Virus record (IMG/VR): IMGVR_UViG_3300005537_000027
Location: 1 to 61,990 of that record
DNA from: a virus
Lineage: Duplodnaviria > Caudoviricetes
Strand: one strand, 5' to 3'
Length of the DNA: 61,990 nt
Within the stretch, counting starts at the first letter, position 1; each line of letters starts with the position of its first letter. Made by a program: the position numbers and the translations under genes. Positions 27,285-37,385 of the stretch are shown here, one piece after another. Under the pieces are notes generated by a model. That model did not search any database and had not been told where the DNA came from. It was given only the letters and a program-made list of their open reading frames with translations.

Positions 27285-28361
27285 TTAGGAAGTACGCAAC
27301 CCGAGCAAGGTCACGTAAGCGTTAGTCGGAGCGCCGACCACGGTGTCGATTACCAGGGTGATAACCGCCCCAGTGCTAACGTTCGTGAAGGGTCCAGCAC
27401 TGGGATAGAGCTGGGCTGCAGCGTTGCCGGTGATCGGGACCGAGGACAGCCCACCCACCAACTGCCCGTTGATGAGGATGCTGGCGTTGAAGCTACCGCC
27501 CGCGTCACCCCCATAGATCTCAGCACCCGTGACGGTGAACTGGTATGGGGCACTGCCCAGCAGCGTGTAGGTCCCCGACGTAACCAGCGCACCACCGGCC
27601 CAGTTCTCCGTAATGGCCACTCCCGCAGGGCTCGTGCCACCTCCGAAGAGGCCCTGACCGAAAGAGCCCTTGCCCACACCCGGCAGACCGGGGGGCATCT
27701 GGAGGCGTGCCAACTGCAGGTCCGCGCCTCGGATCACGTTCAGGGCGTCCGTACAGAGCGCGTTCAGTTCCGGGTCTGGGGGAAGCTGATAGCTGACTCG
27801 CAACCTCCGTGCGAGGTTGAAGTAGAGCGCAGCGTAGTATTCCTCCGGCAGCGAAATCACATCGTTGGCCGTGGCGAACTGCTGCAGCGCATCCTTCACC
27901 GCAAGGTGGATCTCGAACTGCCCAGACCCCGGCGTAGGGGTGAACCACAAGGTCCCCAGGGGGTAGCCCGGATCGTAAAACACCGTCTGTGGGAAGGAGT
28001 TATACTGCTTGAGCACGATGTTATTATAGGTCTCGCGAGCATCAATAATCTCCAGCCCATAGTCCGCCCGGAGTTGAATGCTCGTAACCAGCTGTCGCAC
28101 AAAGGCACTTTCCAGCCGGTCAGGACGAAAGGGGATGTTGAAATCCCCTCCCGGCCCGATCGTGTACGAGGTATTGCCATTTGCCGTAAGCGCAAGGTCC
28201 ACCAGATGATACACCAACCACCGCTTACGCCGCCACTGGGAGAGCATCCAGTTCAGCTGCGTCAGCGCATCGTTGGTGTCATCCGGGAGTGCCGTTTGGC
28301 CGACGCCCAGCACACCAGCCGTCTTGAGCGCCATTGTGATGATATCGCCGGCCACTGGCAT
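27285..28361 (-). CDS. head-tail adaptor (P22 gp4-like) with C-terminal beta-sandwich extension
   Basis: DII..ALK.AGVLGVGQT...DAL..LN.ML.QW; LPEEY.AAL.FNLA.RL; an extra ~110 aa after a Gly-rich linker. Confidence 0.8.
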   Translation of the reverse strand: MPVAGDIITMALKTAGVLGVGQTALPDDTNDALTQLNWMLSQWRRKRWLVYHLVDLALTANGNTSYTIGPGGDFNIPFRPDRLESAFVRQLVTSIQLRADYGLEIIDARETYNNIVLKQYNSFPQTVFYDPGYPLGTLWFTPTPGSGQFEIHLAVKDALQQFATANDVISLPEEYYAALYFNLARRLRVSYQLPPDPELNALCTDALNVIRGADLQLARLQMPPGLPGVGKGSFGQGLFGGGTSPAGVAITENWAGGALVTSGTYTLLGSAPYQFTVTGAEIYGGDAGGSFNASILINGQLVGGLSSVPITGNAAAQLYPSAGPFTNVSTGAVITLVIDTVVGAPTNAYVTLLGLRTS

Positions 28362-28367
28362 TTGTCA

Positions 28368-28637
28368 TTACCCCTTGCGAGCAACTGCGACCGCAGGCGG
28401 AACCCCACCCCCAGCCGAGACCTTGCCGAGTTCTGCAGCCACCGTAGCCACTGCCGCCGCTGCCGGCTCTTCCAGCACGGTATGGGCTGCCAGCCACGCG
28501 GTCTCCTCGTCCAGGTTTTGCACGATGGCAGACTCTCCACCCGCAGTCACCATCTTCGGATATTCCCGATACTCGTAGTCCGGGAACTCCATGTGCGAGT
28601 AAATGTTGTTGGACTTGACTCTGGACTCGGAAGCCAT
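28368..28637 (-). CDS. hypothetical protein
   Basis: YREYPKM...IV...EE motif, common downstream of coat genes. Confidence 0.6.
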   Translation of the reverse strand: MASESRVKSNNIYSHMEFPDYEYREYPKMVTAGGESAIVQNLDEETAWLAAHTVLEEPAAAAVATVAAELGKVSAGGGVPPAVAVARKG

Positions 28638-28651
28638 CTTTCACTCCGGGG

Positions 28652-29014
28652 TTAGTGAGTGTACCAATTGCCAGGGCCGGTACACACGAAAGCCACCATC
28701 GTTCCAGCTGCCACAGCAAAGGCAGCATTCGCGCTGAGGGCGTTGATCTTGTCGCCAGTGGCAGGGAAAACGTTCATGGAGGCAGCGGAAGCATTCGCCA
28801 CCCTCAATGTGCTCCCAATGAAACTCCCAGCGGACGCCGGGAGCACCGCACTATCCGCAGCCGTACCAACCGTGGTAAACCTGCTGATGTCCTTGGTGAT
28901 GGGAGTGGCGCCAGCTTGGCCACCACCCGCAAGCGCCGTCATACCGTCCTGCACAACCGGCGCAAGATCGGACGCCTGCATCAAGCGATATCCGGGGATC
29001 GAGGGACCGGGCAT
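28652..29014 (-). CDS. putative capsid decoration protein
   Basis: TALAGGGQAGAT...TTV.TAADS.VLP...VFPATGD.IN; directly after the coat gene. Confidence 0.65.
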   Translation of the reverse strand: MPGPSIPGYRLMQASDLAPVVQDGMTALAGGGQAGATPITKDISRFTTVGTAADSAVLPASAGSFIGSTLRVANASAASMNVFPATGDKINALSANAAFAVAAGTMVAFVCTGPGNWYTH

Positions 29015-29044
29015 TTTGAAATCTCCTCTGATTGGCGCAACGCA

Positions 29045-29072
29045 AAAGCGCCAGGGGGCATTTGCCCCCTGG
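29045..29072 (-). terminator. hairpin after the major capsid gene
   Basis: CCAGGGGGC/GCCCCCTGG 9-bp stem followed on the - strand by CGCTTTT. Confidence 0.55.
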
Positions 29073-29080
29073 TCTCAGCC

Positions 29081-30286
29081 TTACGGAACCGTGTCGGGAA
29101 CCACCACCGCCCACTCCGGACGGACATAGAGGTAGCCGTAGAGGATATCCATACGAGTGATGAACTCGTCCGTCAGCACCGCGTACGCAGTGACCATACG
29201 CATCGACAGCCCGTCGAACGCCTCACGCGCGGCCTCATGCACCCCACGAGGCAGCTCCAGGTCCGCCGTCGCCATCGTGATGGCCTCGGGGACAAACGCG
29301 AAGTTCTTACGGTAGGTGCCGGTCGCCACCAGGGAGATAGCCGCGCTGTTCGCAGGCAGGGCCGCCACCGTCTGGTACTGCACCGGATTGCCGGCGCTCG
29401 GCCCGATGATCGCGGGGTAGAGCGAGACGCTCGTCGCCGCATTCGCCGCAGCCGCCGTGACCACGAACTGGGCCAGGGCGCCAGTGTCGGTCTTGGTGAT
29501 GCGGTTCACCGCGTTGACACCAGCAATCGTGATGATGTCACCCACGACCAGCGTGCCAGTGATGGCGTTCGTGGTCAGCGTCAGGCCAGTCTGGTTCGCA
29601 CCATTGACCGTGCCGGCCGAGAACGTGCCGCTGACATGCACCAGCGCCGTCTGATCCGTCATCCACTCCAACCCAAGCGCGGTCTTCATGATGCCGGTTT
29701 CGTACTGCTTGCTGATCGCAGGCGCCGGATTGAACAAGCCCGACAGGCTCGCGATCACCTTCGCCTCGGTGAACGGCGAGTTGACGACCTTGCGCTCGGT
29801 CATCGGAGCCGACATGTTGGTCAGCACCGCACCAGCCGTCAGGTAGGTGGTCGCGTTGGGCACGCCCACCGTCTGCGAGGTGATGTTGCCCGCCATGTTG
29901 CTGACGCCGCCCTCACAGCCGCTCATGATGTCGGCCGCGACGTTGCCCGCGAGGTTGTTGACCGCCGGCCGCAGGATGCGCTTCGAGTAGTCGTCGAGTT
30001 GCATCGCTCGCTCAAGCGAGCTGAACTGCACGTCCACGCCCTTCTGGGTAGCCAGGGTCAGCGTGGTGTTCTTTTCCGTGGTGTCCTGCGGCGAGGCGGT
30101 CGCACCCGTACGGACCGTGAAGTCGTTCGGCAGGCGGATGCGCAGTGCCGTGCCGATCTTCGCGCCGCTCCGAGCAAACGAGTCGTCATACTGACGGTCG
30201 ATGCTCATCATGAAGGCGTTGGAGTTCTTCCAGAGGCGGATCGCCTCTCGAGTAATCATGTTGATAGTGAGTATGGTGTTGGCCAT
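29081..30286 (-). CDS. major capsid protein (P22 coat gp5 family)
   Basis: MANTILTINMITREA...RQYDDSFA..GAKIG..LRIRLP...RMDILYG...RPEWA. Confidence 0.95.
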   Translation of the reverse strand: MANTILTINMITREAIRLWKNSNAFMMSIDRQYDDSFARSGAKIGTALRIRLPNDFTVRTGATASPQDTTEKNTTLTLATQKGVDVQFSSLERAMQLDDYSKRILRPAVNNLAGNVAADIMSGCEGGVSNMAGNITSQTVGVPNATTYLTAGAVLTNMSAPMTERKVVNSPFTEAKVIASLSGLFNPAPAISKQYETGIMKTALGLEWMTDQTALVHVSGTFSAGTVNGANQTGLTLTTNAITGTLVVGDIITIAGVNAVNRITKTDTGALAQFVVTAAAANAATSVSLYPAIIGPSAGNPVQYQTVAALPANSAAISLVATGTYRKNFAFVPEAITMATADLELPRGVHEAAREAFDGLSMRMVTAYAVLTDEFITRMDILYGYLYVRPEWAVVVPDTVP

Positions 30287-30437
30287 AGTCCGACTCCCAA
30301 TAGGCGCTCAGTGGCGCTCGGTGGTTTGAGTCGGACGGGACTCGGTACTCTTGGCGTCCTAGGCACTGGGTTTAGGCCACCCGGCAGGCCAACACGAGCT
30401 TAAGGGGCTCGGACCCTGTAGGCACGCGGAGCGGGCG

Positions 30438-31241
30438 CTAGGCCCGCTGCCTCTTCTCAAGTTCCTGTTCCCGCCAAGCCATCCACTCCTTCACAGTCAT
30501 CTGTTCCGGAGTCTTCTCCACCACACTCCCGCTGGAGGTGAGGGGCTTGATCGGCGCAGGCGCGGCAGAGGTCTTCGGGGTGGCGGTGAGCTTCGCGCTC
30601 AGCTTCGCCAGGGCCACTGCCTGCCGGGTAGGGGAAAGGCCCAAGATCCGGCTCGCCTCGTCCATGTCCTGGGTCAGTTCGTAGAGGATCTGGTGGGGGT
30701 TGCCGGCCTCAATCGCGGCCTCGATGAACTGGGGCGTCAGTCCGCCCAGGTTCTGGTAGGAGCGCAGCGCGACATCGAAGTCCGCATACTGCGCTTTGCC
30801 CTTGTCGTAGATGTCGTTGCAGTTCTTGTCGAATTCCCGCTGGGAGGCCAGCGCAGCAGCGCGCTGCTCAACCGTCAGGTCCTCAACCGGCTTCGCCGTG
30901 CCCGGGGCCTTCGGAGCCTCACCCTTGGCGATCGCCTCAAGCGCCTCCTTGTGCTCCTTCACCTGCTGCTCAAGCGCCGCCGCTGCGCGGCGTGCCTCAT
31001 GCTTTTCGCGAGTGAGTTCGTCGATCCGCTTCTGAAACCAAGGCACCTGTGCAGGCTTCTTGGGCTCGGGCTCCACCGCCTTAGTCTCAACCGCAGGGGT
31101 CTCGACTTGTGCCTCAACCGCGGGGGTCTCGACACTCGGCTCTTCTGGGGTTGGTGTTCCACCATCCTCGGTCTGGCTCTGGGGCGTGGGGGTGCCCTCG
31201 GCTTCCGGTGCAAGGCTGGTTGAAAGACTGGTGTCTGCCAC
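30438..31241 (-). CDS. scaffolding protein
   Basis: Acidic Pro-rich N-terminus, FQKRIDELTREK coiled coil, APAPIKP...M...EW...R tail; GTG start with GGAG. Confidence 0.8.
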   Translation of the reverse strand: MADTSLSTSLAPEAEGTPTPQSQTEDGGTPTPEEPSVETPAVEAQVETPAVETKAVEPEPKKPAQVPWFQKRIDELTREKHEARRAAAALEQQVKEHKEALEAIAKGEAPKAPGTAKPVEDLTVEQRAAALASQREFDKNCNDIYDKGKAQYADFDVALRSYQNLGGLTPQFIEAAIEAGNPHQILYELTQDMDEASRILGLSPTRQAVALAKLSAKLTATPKTSAAPAPIKPLTSSGSVVEKTPEQMTVKEWMAWREQELEKRQRA

Positions 31242-31334
31242 GTTGGATCTCCACGAGGGCGCTTGAGGGGAAGGGTACAACCGACGGCGAGGTGGGTCCA
31301 GCCCACTTGCGCCCGACTCGGGTGGTTTGTGGGT

Positions 31335-31640
31335 CTAGTTCACGGTCTGAGGTACGTTTAGTTTAATGCGCTTGCGGTTGTATCGTAGCTCGTTGTCCTT
31401 GATGAGGGCCTCGGCCACCTTTTGCTTTTCACCCTCCGGGAGGAGCGAGCCTTCGCCCAGCGACTTGGCCAGGGCCATCCGGGCCTCCTCGATCAGCCTA
31501 GGCCAAGTGTTGGCCACAAACCTGCCAACGTTCCGGTTGGCCCTATACCAGTGGTCGTCCATGGCCAGATTATCATAGATCTCATGGGCCATCGCGATAG
31601 CGACCTCCTTGAGCATGGGATGGCAGACTGTTCCCATCAT
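31335..31640 (-). CDS. hypothetical protein
   Basis: RBS AGGAGG; ATGA overlap. Confidence 0.65.
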   Translation of the reverse strand: MMGTVCHPMLKEVAIAMAHEIYDNLAMDDHWYRANRNVGRFVANTWPRLIEEARMALAKSLGEGSLLPEGEKQKVAEALIKDNELRYNRKRIKLNVPQTVN

Positions 31641-32893
31641 TGGCCTCCTATGGGTTTACGAGGGGGATAGTGGAAAATCTGGTTGCCGCTCTGGCCTTCG
31701 GTCGGCAGGGAGGAGGTGTCGCCGGTGCGGAGGCGAGCCTGGACGTTCCGGGACTCCACCTCGCCGCTCAGCTGCCGGTAGTTCCGGCTAGCGCCACCTG
31801 CAAGCTCATTCAGCCGTTGAGTCTCGGCCTGGAGGGTCTGGAAATCCTGCAGCAGTCCAGGGGTTTTAGCAGCTTGCTTATAGGCCATCTCCTCATGTGG
31901 GTATAGCTGCACCCCCATGGCCTGCTTGTCTAGAGCATTTTGCAGTGTGAAAGGGTTGACCGGGCCGAGTTTGTCCGTGACCGTCTTCCAGGCCTGCCGA
32001 GCGGCAGTTTGCTGCTGCTGGAAGTCCGTGGGGAGGAACATCGAGGGGTTTCCACCCGCTGCAAAGCCCTCAGCGCCCTGGATTTTGTGCTGGATTTCGT
32101 GCATCAGCGTCGACATGACCTCATCCGGAGGTCCAGAAGTCAGCCCGATGCTGCCGTCAGTGTAAACCGCCCCGTTTAGCCCGTCGAAACGAGAAAATGG
32201 CCCAGTATTTCGTACTACCGTGTCCTTGAGCCCCGGGTACGCCTTGAAAAGCTCCGGATGGTCCAGAATATCACCCAGAGTCCGGGTTTGTGTGAACGGG
32301 ATGTGGAACTCCTGCGAGGTCGTACTAGCCCCCTCAGGGGCCTCTCTGGCCTCCGCAACGCTCATGACCTTGGTTTTCATCGGCGCAGCATCGGTCCACT
32401 TCGCCCCAGTGTCTGGGATCTCGTTTTTCCACATATTATCAGTGCCGCGATACCACCCAGTTTGCTGCCAGATCTCCTCTGGCGACGCGCCAGCCCCTGC
32501 CTCCATCTTTTGCGCGGTTTTGAGCGCAGCGCGATCGGCAGTCCCGGAGCCCCAGCCACCAAAAACCCGTGCGGTAGCGGCATCTGCCGGCCCTGCAGCA
32601 CCACCCGCTCCCAGTGCAATCAGCGCATTGGTGGCGTCGGGAGTGACCTGTCCGGTTCTCGGACCGTCCAACAGGTCCACTACCCCACTCCCAATCGAGC
32701 GTGCCCAGTCCGGTATCCCAGGCCCGACGTTGGTCATGGTGCCATTGGGGCCAGCTTGACCCCGAATAGGCAAAACCGAGCCATAGGTGTACCCTGGGGT
32801 GGGTGCCAACACCCCTCTCAGCGAGTTGATAAAGTCATCCTGCGGGGCTTGTGGTGTGGCTGCAGCCAGCAACTCGTTGTCATCCGCCATCAC
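31637..32893 (-). CDS. LPD23-like / zincin HExxH domain protein
   Basis: IWQQTGWYRG.D..WK.EI.D, HPELFKAYP.L, LMHEIQH.IQ..EGFA.GG, Y..L.GEVESRNVQ.R. Confidence 0.75.
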   Translation of the reverse strand: MMADDNELLAAATPQAPQDDFINSLRGVLAPTPGYTYGSVLPIRGQAGPNGTMTNVGPGIPDWARSIGSGVVDLLDGPRTGQVTPDATNALIALGAGGAAGPADAATARVFGGWGSGTADRAALKTAQKMEAGAGASPEEIWQQTGWYRGTDNMWKNEIPDTGAKWTDAAPMKTKVMSVAEAREAPEGASTTSQEFHIPFTQTRTLGDILDHPELFKAYPGLKDTVVRNTGPFSRFDGLNGAVYTDGSIGLTSGPPDEVMSTLMHEIQHKIQGAEGFAAGGNPSMFLPTDFQQQQTAARQAWKTVTDKLGPVNPFTLQNALDKQAMGVQLYPHEEMAYKQAAKTPGLLQDFQTLQAETQRLNELAGGASRNYRQLSGEVESRNVQARLRTGDTSSLPTEGQSGNQIFHYPPRKPIGGQ

Positions 32894-35085
32894 ATACCCC
32901 CAAGTTTACCATCCGGCCCGATCCCCGGAGGCGGGGCAACACCCAAGTGCTGCTGAGTGGTGGCACCTGGAGGAGCCGTGGGGGTGAGTGTCAAGCCAGG
33001 CGGGGCCGAAGGCGCCCCGCCTGAGGAGTTCTGAGCTTCGTCTGGAGCATTTTCTCGCTGAATACTCGCCAAGTGGGTCTGGAGGGAGTCGCCCACGAGC
33101 TGGTGGATAATGGTGGCAAGGCCCTGCTGGTCCATCGGCAGGGTTTTGGCCAGGGCTGCCATGCGCTTGGTCTCGGCCTCGTAGGCGTCAATGTCCCGCA
33201 TTTGGTCCTTGGAGACGAGCTTCTCCTTGAGCATCTTGATCTCGGCGCCGCTGACCATGAGCTGCTGAGCGAGTTGGTGGATCTGGGCCTGCGCTTGTTG
33301 CATCGGGAGATCGGGGGCCTCGCCGAGGGCCTGCGGAGGCACCATACGCTTGAGCCTGATCGCCGCTTCGTCGGCACCCGGGAAATCCCCTGCGCGGAAC
33401 AAGATATCGCCGATGAGCGAGGCCATTTCCGGAGCCTGGGTGAGGATCAGAGTGAAGGCGTTGAAGGCCTCCTCCCGGCGAGTGGCGTACGCAGGGCCGA
33501 CATCAGCCTGGACCTCGTACTTGCCGATATTCGGGTTCAGGACCCTGGCCGCGGTCTTCCCCAGGTGGTTGAGCTTCTGCTGGAATGCGACCTGGGCCTG
33601 GGGGTTGACCTCGACTTCCTGGGTCGTACCGTCTTCCGCCATGATCAGCAGCACTCGCCGAGTGTCATAGATCTTGGGGATGAGGTCGAGGATGATCTTC
33701 CCAGTGTGGCGGATGGCCAGAGCCAGGTTGTCGATGTAGTGGTAGGTGCTGTTGTCGCCCTTGCGCTGCCTCGCGAGGATGGCCTGCCCGGTGCGCTCCG
33801 AGCCCTGCTGCCCCATCTGGGGTTCGTACTGGCCGGAGACCATCTGCATTTCCATGCCAGCGGTCTGCATGCCCTGCAAGTACGCCTGGGCCATCACCGG
33901 AGGTTCCTGGCGGGTAGGCGGGGGCAGGGGCTGACCATCGTCCGAGAAGGCATTATAGGGCAGTACCGCGTGGTTCTCCCGATTAGCGGTCTCCCAGTAA
34001 GTCTCCTGCCCTTCGATGCTCTCCGCTGCAGCCATATAGGGCATCTTCGCCTGGAGGGCGACCTGCTCCACCGCGCTTGAGGTCCAGTAGTTGTACATGC
34101 GCTGGGCGTCCTTGAGTGCGCGAGTGTGGCCCTTCCGATCCAGCCGACCTTCGATCAGGGTCTCCTCGCCGATGACGCGGACCAGCGGGATGTACTTCCC
34201 AGGCCAGATCTTCTTCTCCTTGATCTTGTCCCCCACGACCTTGTACCACTCGATCGTGCAGGTGGTGGTGTCGCGGAGTTGGGTATCCGGGTCGTCGAGG
34301 ATCCCCTCCAGAAGTTCCGATGGCACCGCGCTCTTGAGTACGCCCACCCGCTGCTTGGTGAGAGGGTGGGTGAAGCTCACGAGGATATCGGGAGTCTCGA
34401 CCTTGCGGAAGTACTCGGCGATGCGGACTCGATCCCCCCTGATCCAAGCGTCGTCGTTACCAAACGGAGCCGTGGGGATGTCGTCCTTGAGTTCCGGGTA
34501 CTCCTTCTCGAACTCGTCCTTGTCCATGTCAGTGAACACGAAGGCGAACTTGGCATCGCTGCCATCGCGCTTGCGGATGTCTGGGTCCAGATACACCGAG
34601 AGGGGGTTCGGGACCTCCAGGATGAAGATGTCCTGGTCCATGGACTTCTCGTCCACGTAGTCCGTGGCAACGCGCCAGTAACCCCAGCCAGCTTTGACCT
34701 GGAACTCGGTCGCCATGTCGTAGGCGACGGAGGCCCCAGATTGGTACTCAATATACCGCATGATCCCTTCCAGGACCTGAGCCGACTCGTAGCTGGCCCC
34801 GCCACCCACCGGCCGGATGCTGATCCCAGCCTTGTTCTGCTTCGAGTCGTTGATGATCTGGAGGCAGTGCTGGCGGGTCTTGTTGATGGTCAAGCAGGGG
34901 CGCTGATTGCCCACCCGGCCCTGCCAGAGTTCGTCCGGCCACTGCCAGTTGTTCTCCGAGTCCCCGTTGGCGAACTTCAGGTCCTCCAGAAACAGTATCC
35001 GTGCCATGCCCTCGAAGTCCTGGCACTTCTTAAACCGCTCTTTCGCCTCTTTGACGATGGTCTCGTCGCTTTGCTTCTTAGTCAT
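32890..35085 (-). CDS. portal protein (P22-like)
   Basis: DLKFA...QWP...RPCLTINK, GWGYWRV, WPGKYIP, KDAQRMYNYW, LIPKIYDT.R. Confidence 0.93.
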   Translation of the reverse strand: MTKKQSDETIVKEAKERFKKCQDFEGMARILFLEDLKFANGDSENNWQWPDELWQGRVGNQRPCLTINKTRQHCLQIINDSKQNKAGISIRPVGGGASYESAQVLEGIMRYIEYQSGASVAYDMATEFQVKAGWGYWRVATDYVDEKSMDQDIFILEVPNPLSVYLDPDIRKRDGSDAKFAFVFTDMDKDEFEKEYPELKDDIPTAPFGNDDAWIRGDRVRIAEYFRKVETPDILVSFTHPLTKQRVGVLKSAVPSELLEGILDDPDTQLRDTTTCTIEWYKVVGDKIKEKKIWPGKYIPLVRVIGEETLIEGRLDRKGHTRALKDAQRMYNYWTSSAVEQVALQAKMPYMAAAESIEGQETYWETANRENHAVLPYNAFSDDGQPLPPPTRQEPPVMAQAYLQGMQTAGMEMQMVSGQYEPQMGQQGSERTGQAILARQRKGDNSTYHYIDNLALAIRHTGKIILDLIPKIYDTRRVLLIMAEDGTTQEVEVNPQAQVAFQQKLNHLGKTAARVLNPNIGKYEVQADVGPAYATRREEAFNAFTLILTQAPEMASLIGDILFRAGDFPGADEAAIRLKRMVPPQALGEAPDLPMQQAQAQIHQLAQQLMVSGAEIKMLKEKLVSKDQMRDIDAYEAETKRMAALAKTLPMDQQGLATIIHQLVGDSLQTHLASIQRENAPDEAQNSSGGAPSAPPGLTLTPTAPPGATTQQHLGVAPPPGIGPDGKLGGM

Positions 35086-35290
35086 TTTGCTCACCTTCGA
35101 TCTGGAGGCGATCACGGAATTGAGCCCAGGCCTCAAGGGACTTGGTCACAGCAAGATCCCAGCGCAGATACGCAGCACACCGCTCCTTGGAACCCTTCGG
35201 ATAGGAGGTGATGACCTCTTTCCGAGCCTCCACGAGTTGTGCATGGCGCACGAGGAGGGCTTGGATCTTCTGCACAGTGCCAGACATCAT
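35078..35290 (-). CDS. hypothetical protein
   Basis: Overlaps the terminase stop and the portal start. Confidence 0.5.
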   Translation of the reverse strand: MMSGTVQKIQALLVRHAQLVEARKEVITSYPKGSKERCAAYLRWDLAVTKSLEAWAQFRDRLQIEGEQND

Positions 35291-36651
35291 TGCTTCATCC
35301 AGCCTAGAGGGTTGGGTGGGGTGTTGTCACGACGGAGGCGGAGAGTGGACTTGATGTTATCCAGCACGGTGGCGCCGCCCCGACCAGGGCGCTCCTTAAG
35401 GCCGACTGCCAAGTAGCGGAAGCCGTCCGCGCCGTGGGATGCCCAGTCATGGACTGGTTGACGGGAGAGGGTGCCCTCGGCCCGACCAGCAGTGGGCTCG
35501 CTCACGACTTCGTAGCGGTAATGGCGAAGGGCGTTGAGCCCTTGCTCGCACTTGATCTTGTCAAACCAGATGCTGGGGAACATCGTGCGGACTGCGTTGA
35601 TGCCGTCCTCTAGGCGCAGGCGGGGCACGATCCGGACTTTCTTGCCCGAAGCTCGGATGATCTCCTCCACGGACTTGCCAGTGCCTAGGCTCTTGGCCTT
35701 GGCGTCAGGCGGCAGCCAGAACGTGTCGTAGATGTAGGGGCGGTTCTGGCACTCCATCAAGTACCAACCGATGGGCTTCTGGGAGTTCTCCAAGTAGTCA
35801 ATCACTCGGATCTCGAACCCCACCTGCTGGGCGAACCAAACGCAGGTGCTGTCAGCCCAGCCCAAGTCCCAGAACGTATGCACAGGCTTCAGCGGCTCAT
35901 ACGGCACACTCCCAATATGGCCGTTGACAGTCGCCACCCGGAGTTCCTTGGCGTAGACCGCCCCCTCCAGCATGAGCTTGCAGTGGCCTTCCCAGACATT
36001 CAAGTACCCGTCGGGGTCCGTGGCCTGCATGTGGTCCTTGGCAGCCCGCATGGGCTCCGTGAACCAGGGATTGTCGCGCCAGGAGATCTCCACCACAACC
36101 GCGCCCGGAGGTGGGTGGAGGACCCACCGCTGGTAGGTGTCATCCGTTTCGAGTTCCGGGTTGAAGGAGATCCAGATCTCGGAGCCAGGTTTGCGGATCG
36201 TCGGTATCAATATGTCCCAAGAGGACTTGGTGACGGCCTGGGCCTCTTCCACCCAGCACACGTCCACACCCTCGTAGGACTTGATCTTCCGGGTGTTCTG
36301 GCGGATGCCCTCGAACGAGAACTCCGTCCCGACTTTGGAGCGGATGTTGGACTGGAGGATCTCGTATTCGCCCTGGAGGCCCAGGAGTTCGATCTGGTCC
36401 GACAGGAGCTTGTGCACCGAGTCCTTGATCGAAACCTGGAGTTCGCGGGCACAGAGAATGCGAATGGGGCGCTTGGCGCCTTCGATGAGCAGCGCCCGGG
36501 CGATCCCCCAGGATTTCATCCCGCCCCGGCCACCGTAGAGCACCTTGTACTGGTGGGGCTCGAAGAGCACACGGAGCTTGGAGGGGAACTGGACCGCAGA
36601 GACGGCAGGGGCCACAGTACTCGGGATGCTCATGCTCGCCTCCGCAGCCAC
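35287..36651 (-). CDS. terL: terminase large subunit (PBSX-like)
   Basis: YGGRGGMKS, CARELQ.SI.DSV, WVEEAQ, SFNP, WDLG..D, HDWASHGADGFRY. Confidence 0.95.
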   Translation of the reverse strand: MAAEASMSIPSTVAPAVSAVQFPSKLRVLFEPHQYKVLYGGRGGMKSWGIARALLIEGAKRPIRILCARELQVSIKDSVHKLLSDQIELLGLQGEYEILQSNIRSKVGTEFSFEGIRQNTRKIKSYEGVDVCWVEEAQAVTKSSWDILIPTIRKPGSEIWISFNPELETDDTYQRWVLHPPPGAVVVEISWRDNPWFTEPMRAAKDHMQATDPDGYLNVWEGHCKLMLEGAVYAKELRVATVNGHIGSVPYEPLKPVHTFWDLGWADSTCVWFAQQVGFEIRVIDYLENSQKPIGWYLMECQNRPYIYDTFWLPPDAKAKSLGTGKSVEEIIRASGKKVRIVPRLRLEDGINAVRTMFPSIWFDKIKCEQGLNALRHYRYEVVSEPTAGRAEGTLSRQPVHDWASHGADGFRYLAVGLKERPGRGGATVLDNIKSTLRLRRDNTPPNPLGWMKQ

Positions 36652-37145
36652 GAGGTTACGGTCCCAGCACTTGTGGGCTTATCTTCGTGATTGGTGTGTC
36701 CAGCCCCCGGCCACGGCAGATGCCAGACCGCCGCTCCGGGTGCCCGCAGCGCCTCTTCCAGCGAGTGCACCACTCCGCTCGACTGGGGAGTCAGGGCCTG
36801 TGCAGCCACAACGCCCCGCATTGGCTTGCCATAGACCATTTCCAGCACGGGTTTGTAGAGCAAGTAGAGCTGCCGCCGTGCCTCCGGAGTGTCGGTGAGC
36901 TTACACTCCAGCACCACCACTTCGCTTGGGCGGACCTGGAACAAATCCGGCTGACAGTAGCCCAGACCATGGAAGTCCTCGAATTGGAACCACTGCCCGT
37001 GGACCCAGCCGGAACCCAGGGCCTTGGCTACCGCCCGCTCATACCGAAGGCCTTTGAGCCTCGCCCCACTTGAGCGCGAAGCGGCGTGAGGGCACTCTGC
37101 CTCCATCGCCCACTTCAGCCCTACGATAGTACGAGACCTGGCCAC
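36630..37145 (-). CDS. PD-(D/E)XK nuclease-like protein
   Basis: G.RYE...YCQPD...VVLECKL...QL..LY; start uncertain. Confidence 0.7.
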   Translation of the reverse strand: MARSRTIVGLKWAMEAECPHAASRSSGARLKGLRYERAVAKALGSGWVHGQWFQFEDFHGLGYCQPDLFQVRPSEVVVLECKLTDTPEARRQLYLLYKPVLEMVYGKPMRGVVAAQALTPQSSGVVHSLEEALRAPGAAVWHLPWPGAGHTNHEDKPTSAGTVTSWLRRRA

Positions 37146-37149
37146 AGCG

Positions 37150-37374
37150 CTACTCCACCTGGGTAAAGTCGACGTAGTAGGACTTGCCGATCACCAGCTG
37201 CGCCGCGGCCGCGGGGTTGTCGATCTGGAACTCCGCAAACCCGTTCGGAGTGGCCTTTTGGAACGAGAGGTCCTCAGCGATGCGCTGGTCGTACTCACAG
37301 CGGAAAATCGCCTTGGCGCCGCCCCAACTCTGGGCGAACACCCCATCCAGTCTCATCTTGCAGCGGATACCCAT
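37150..37374 (-). CDS. hypothetical protein
   Basis: F.KATP.G...QIDNP.A...GKSYYVDFT; RBS GAGGAG. Confidence 0.7.
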   Translation of the reverse strand: MGIRCKMRLDGVFAQSWGGAKAIFRCEYDQRIAEDLSFQKATPNGFAEFQIDNPAAAAQLVIGKSYYVDFTQVE

Positions 37375-37385
37375 GGTCCTGCTCC

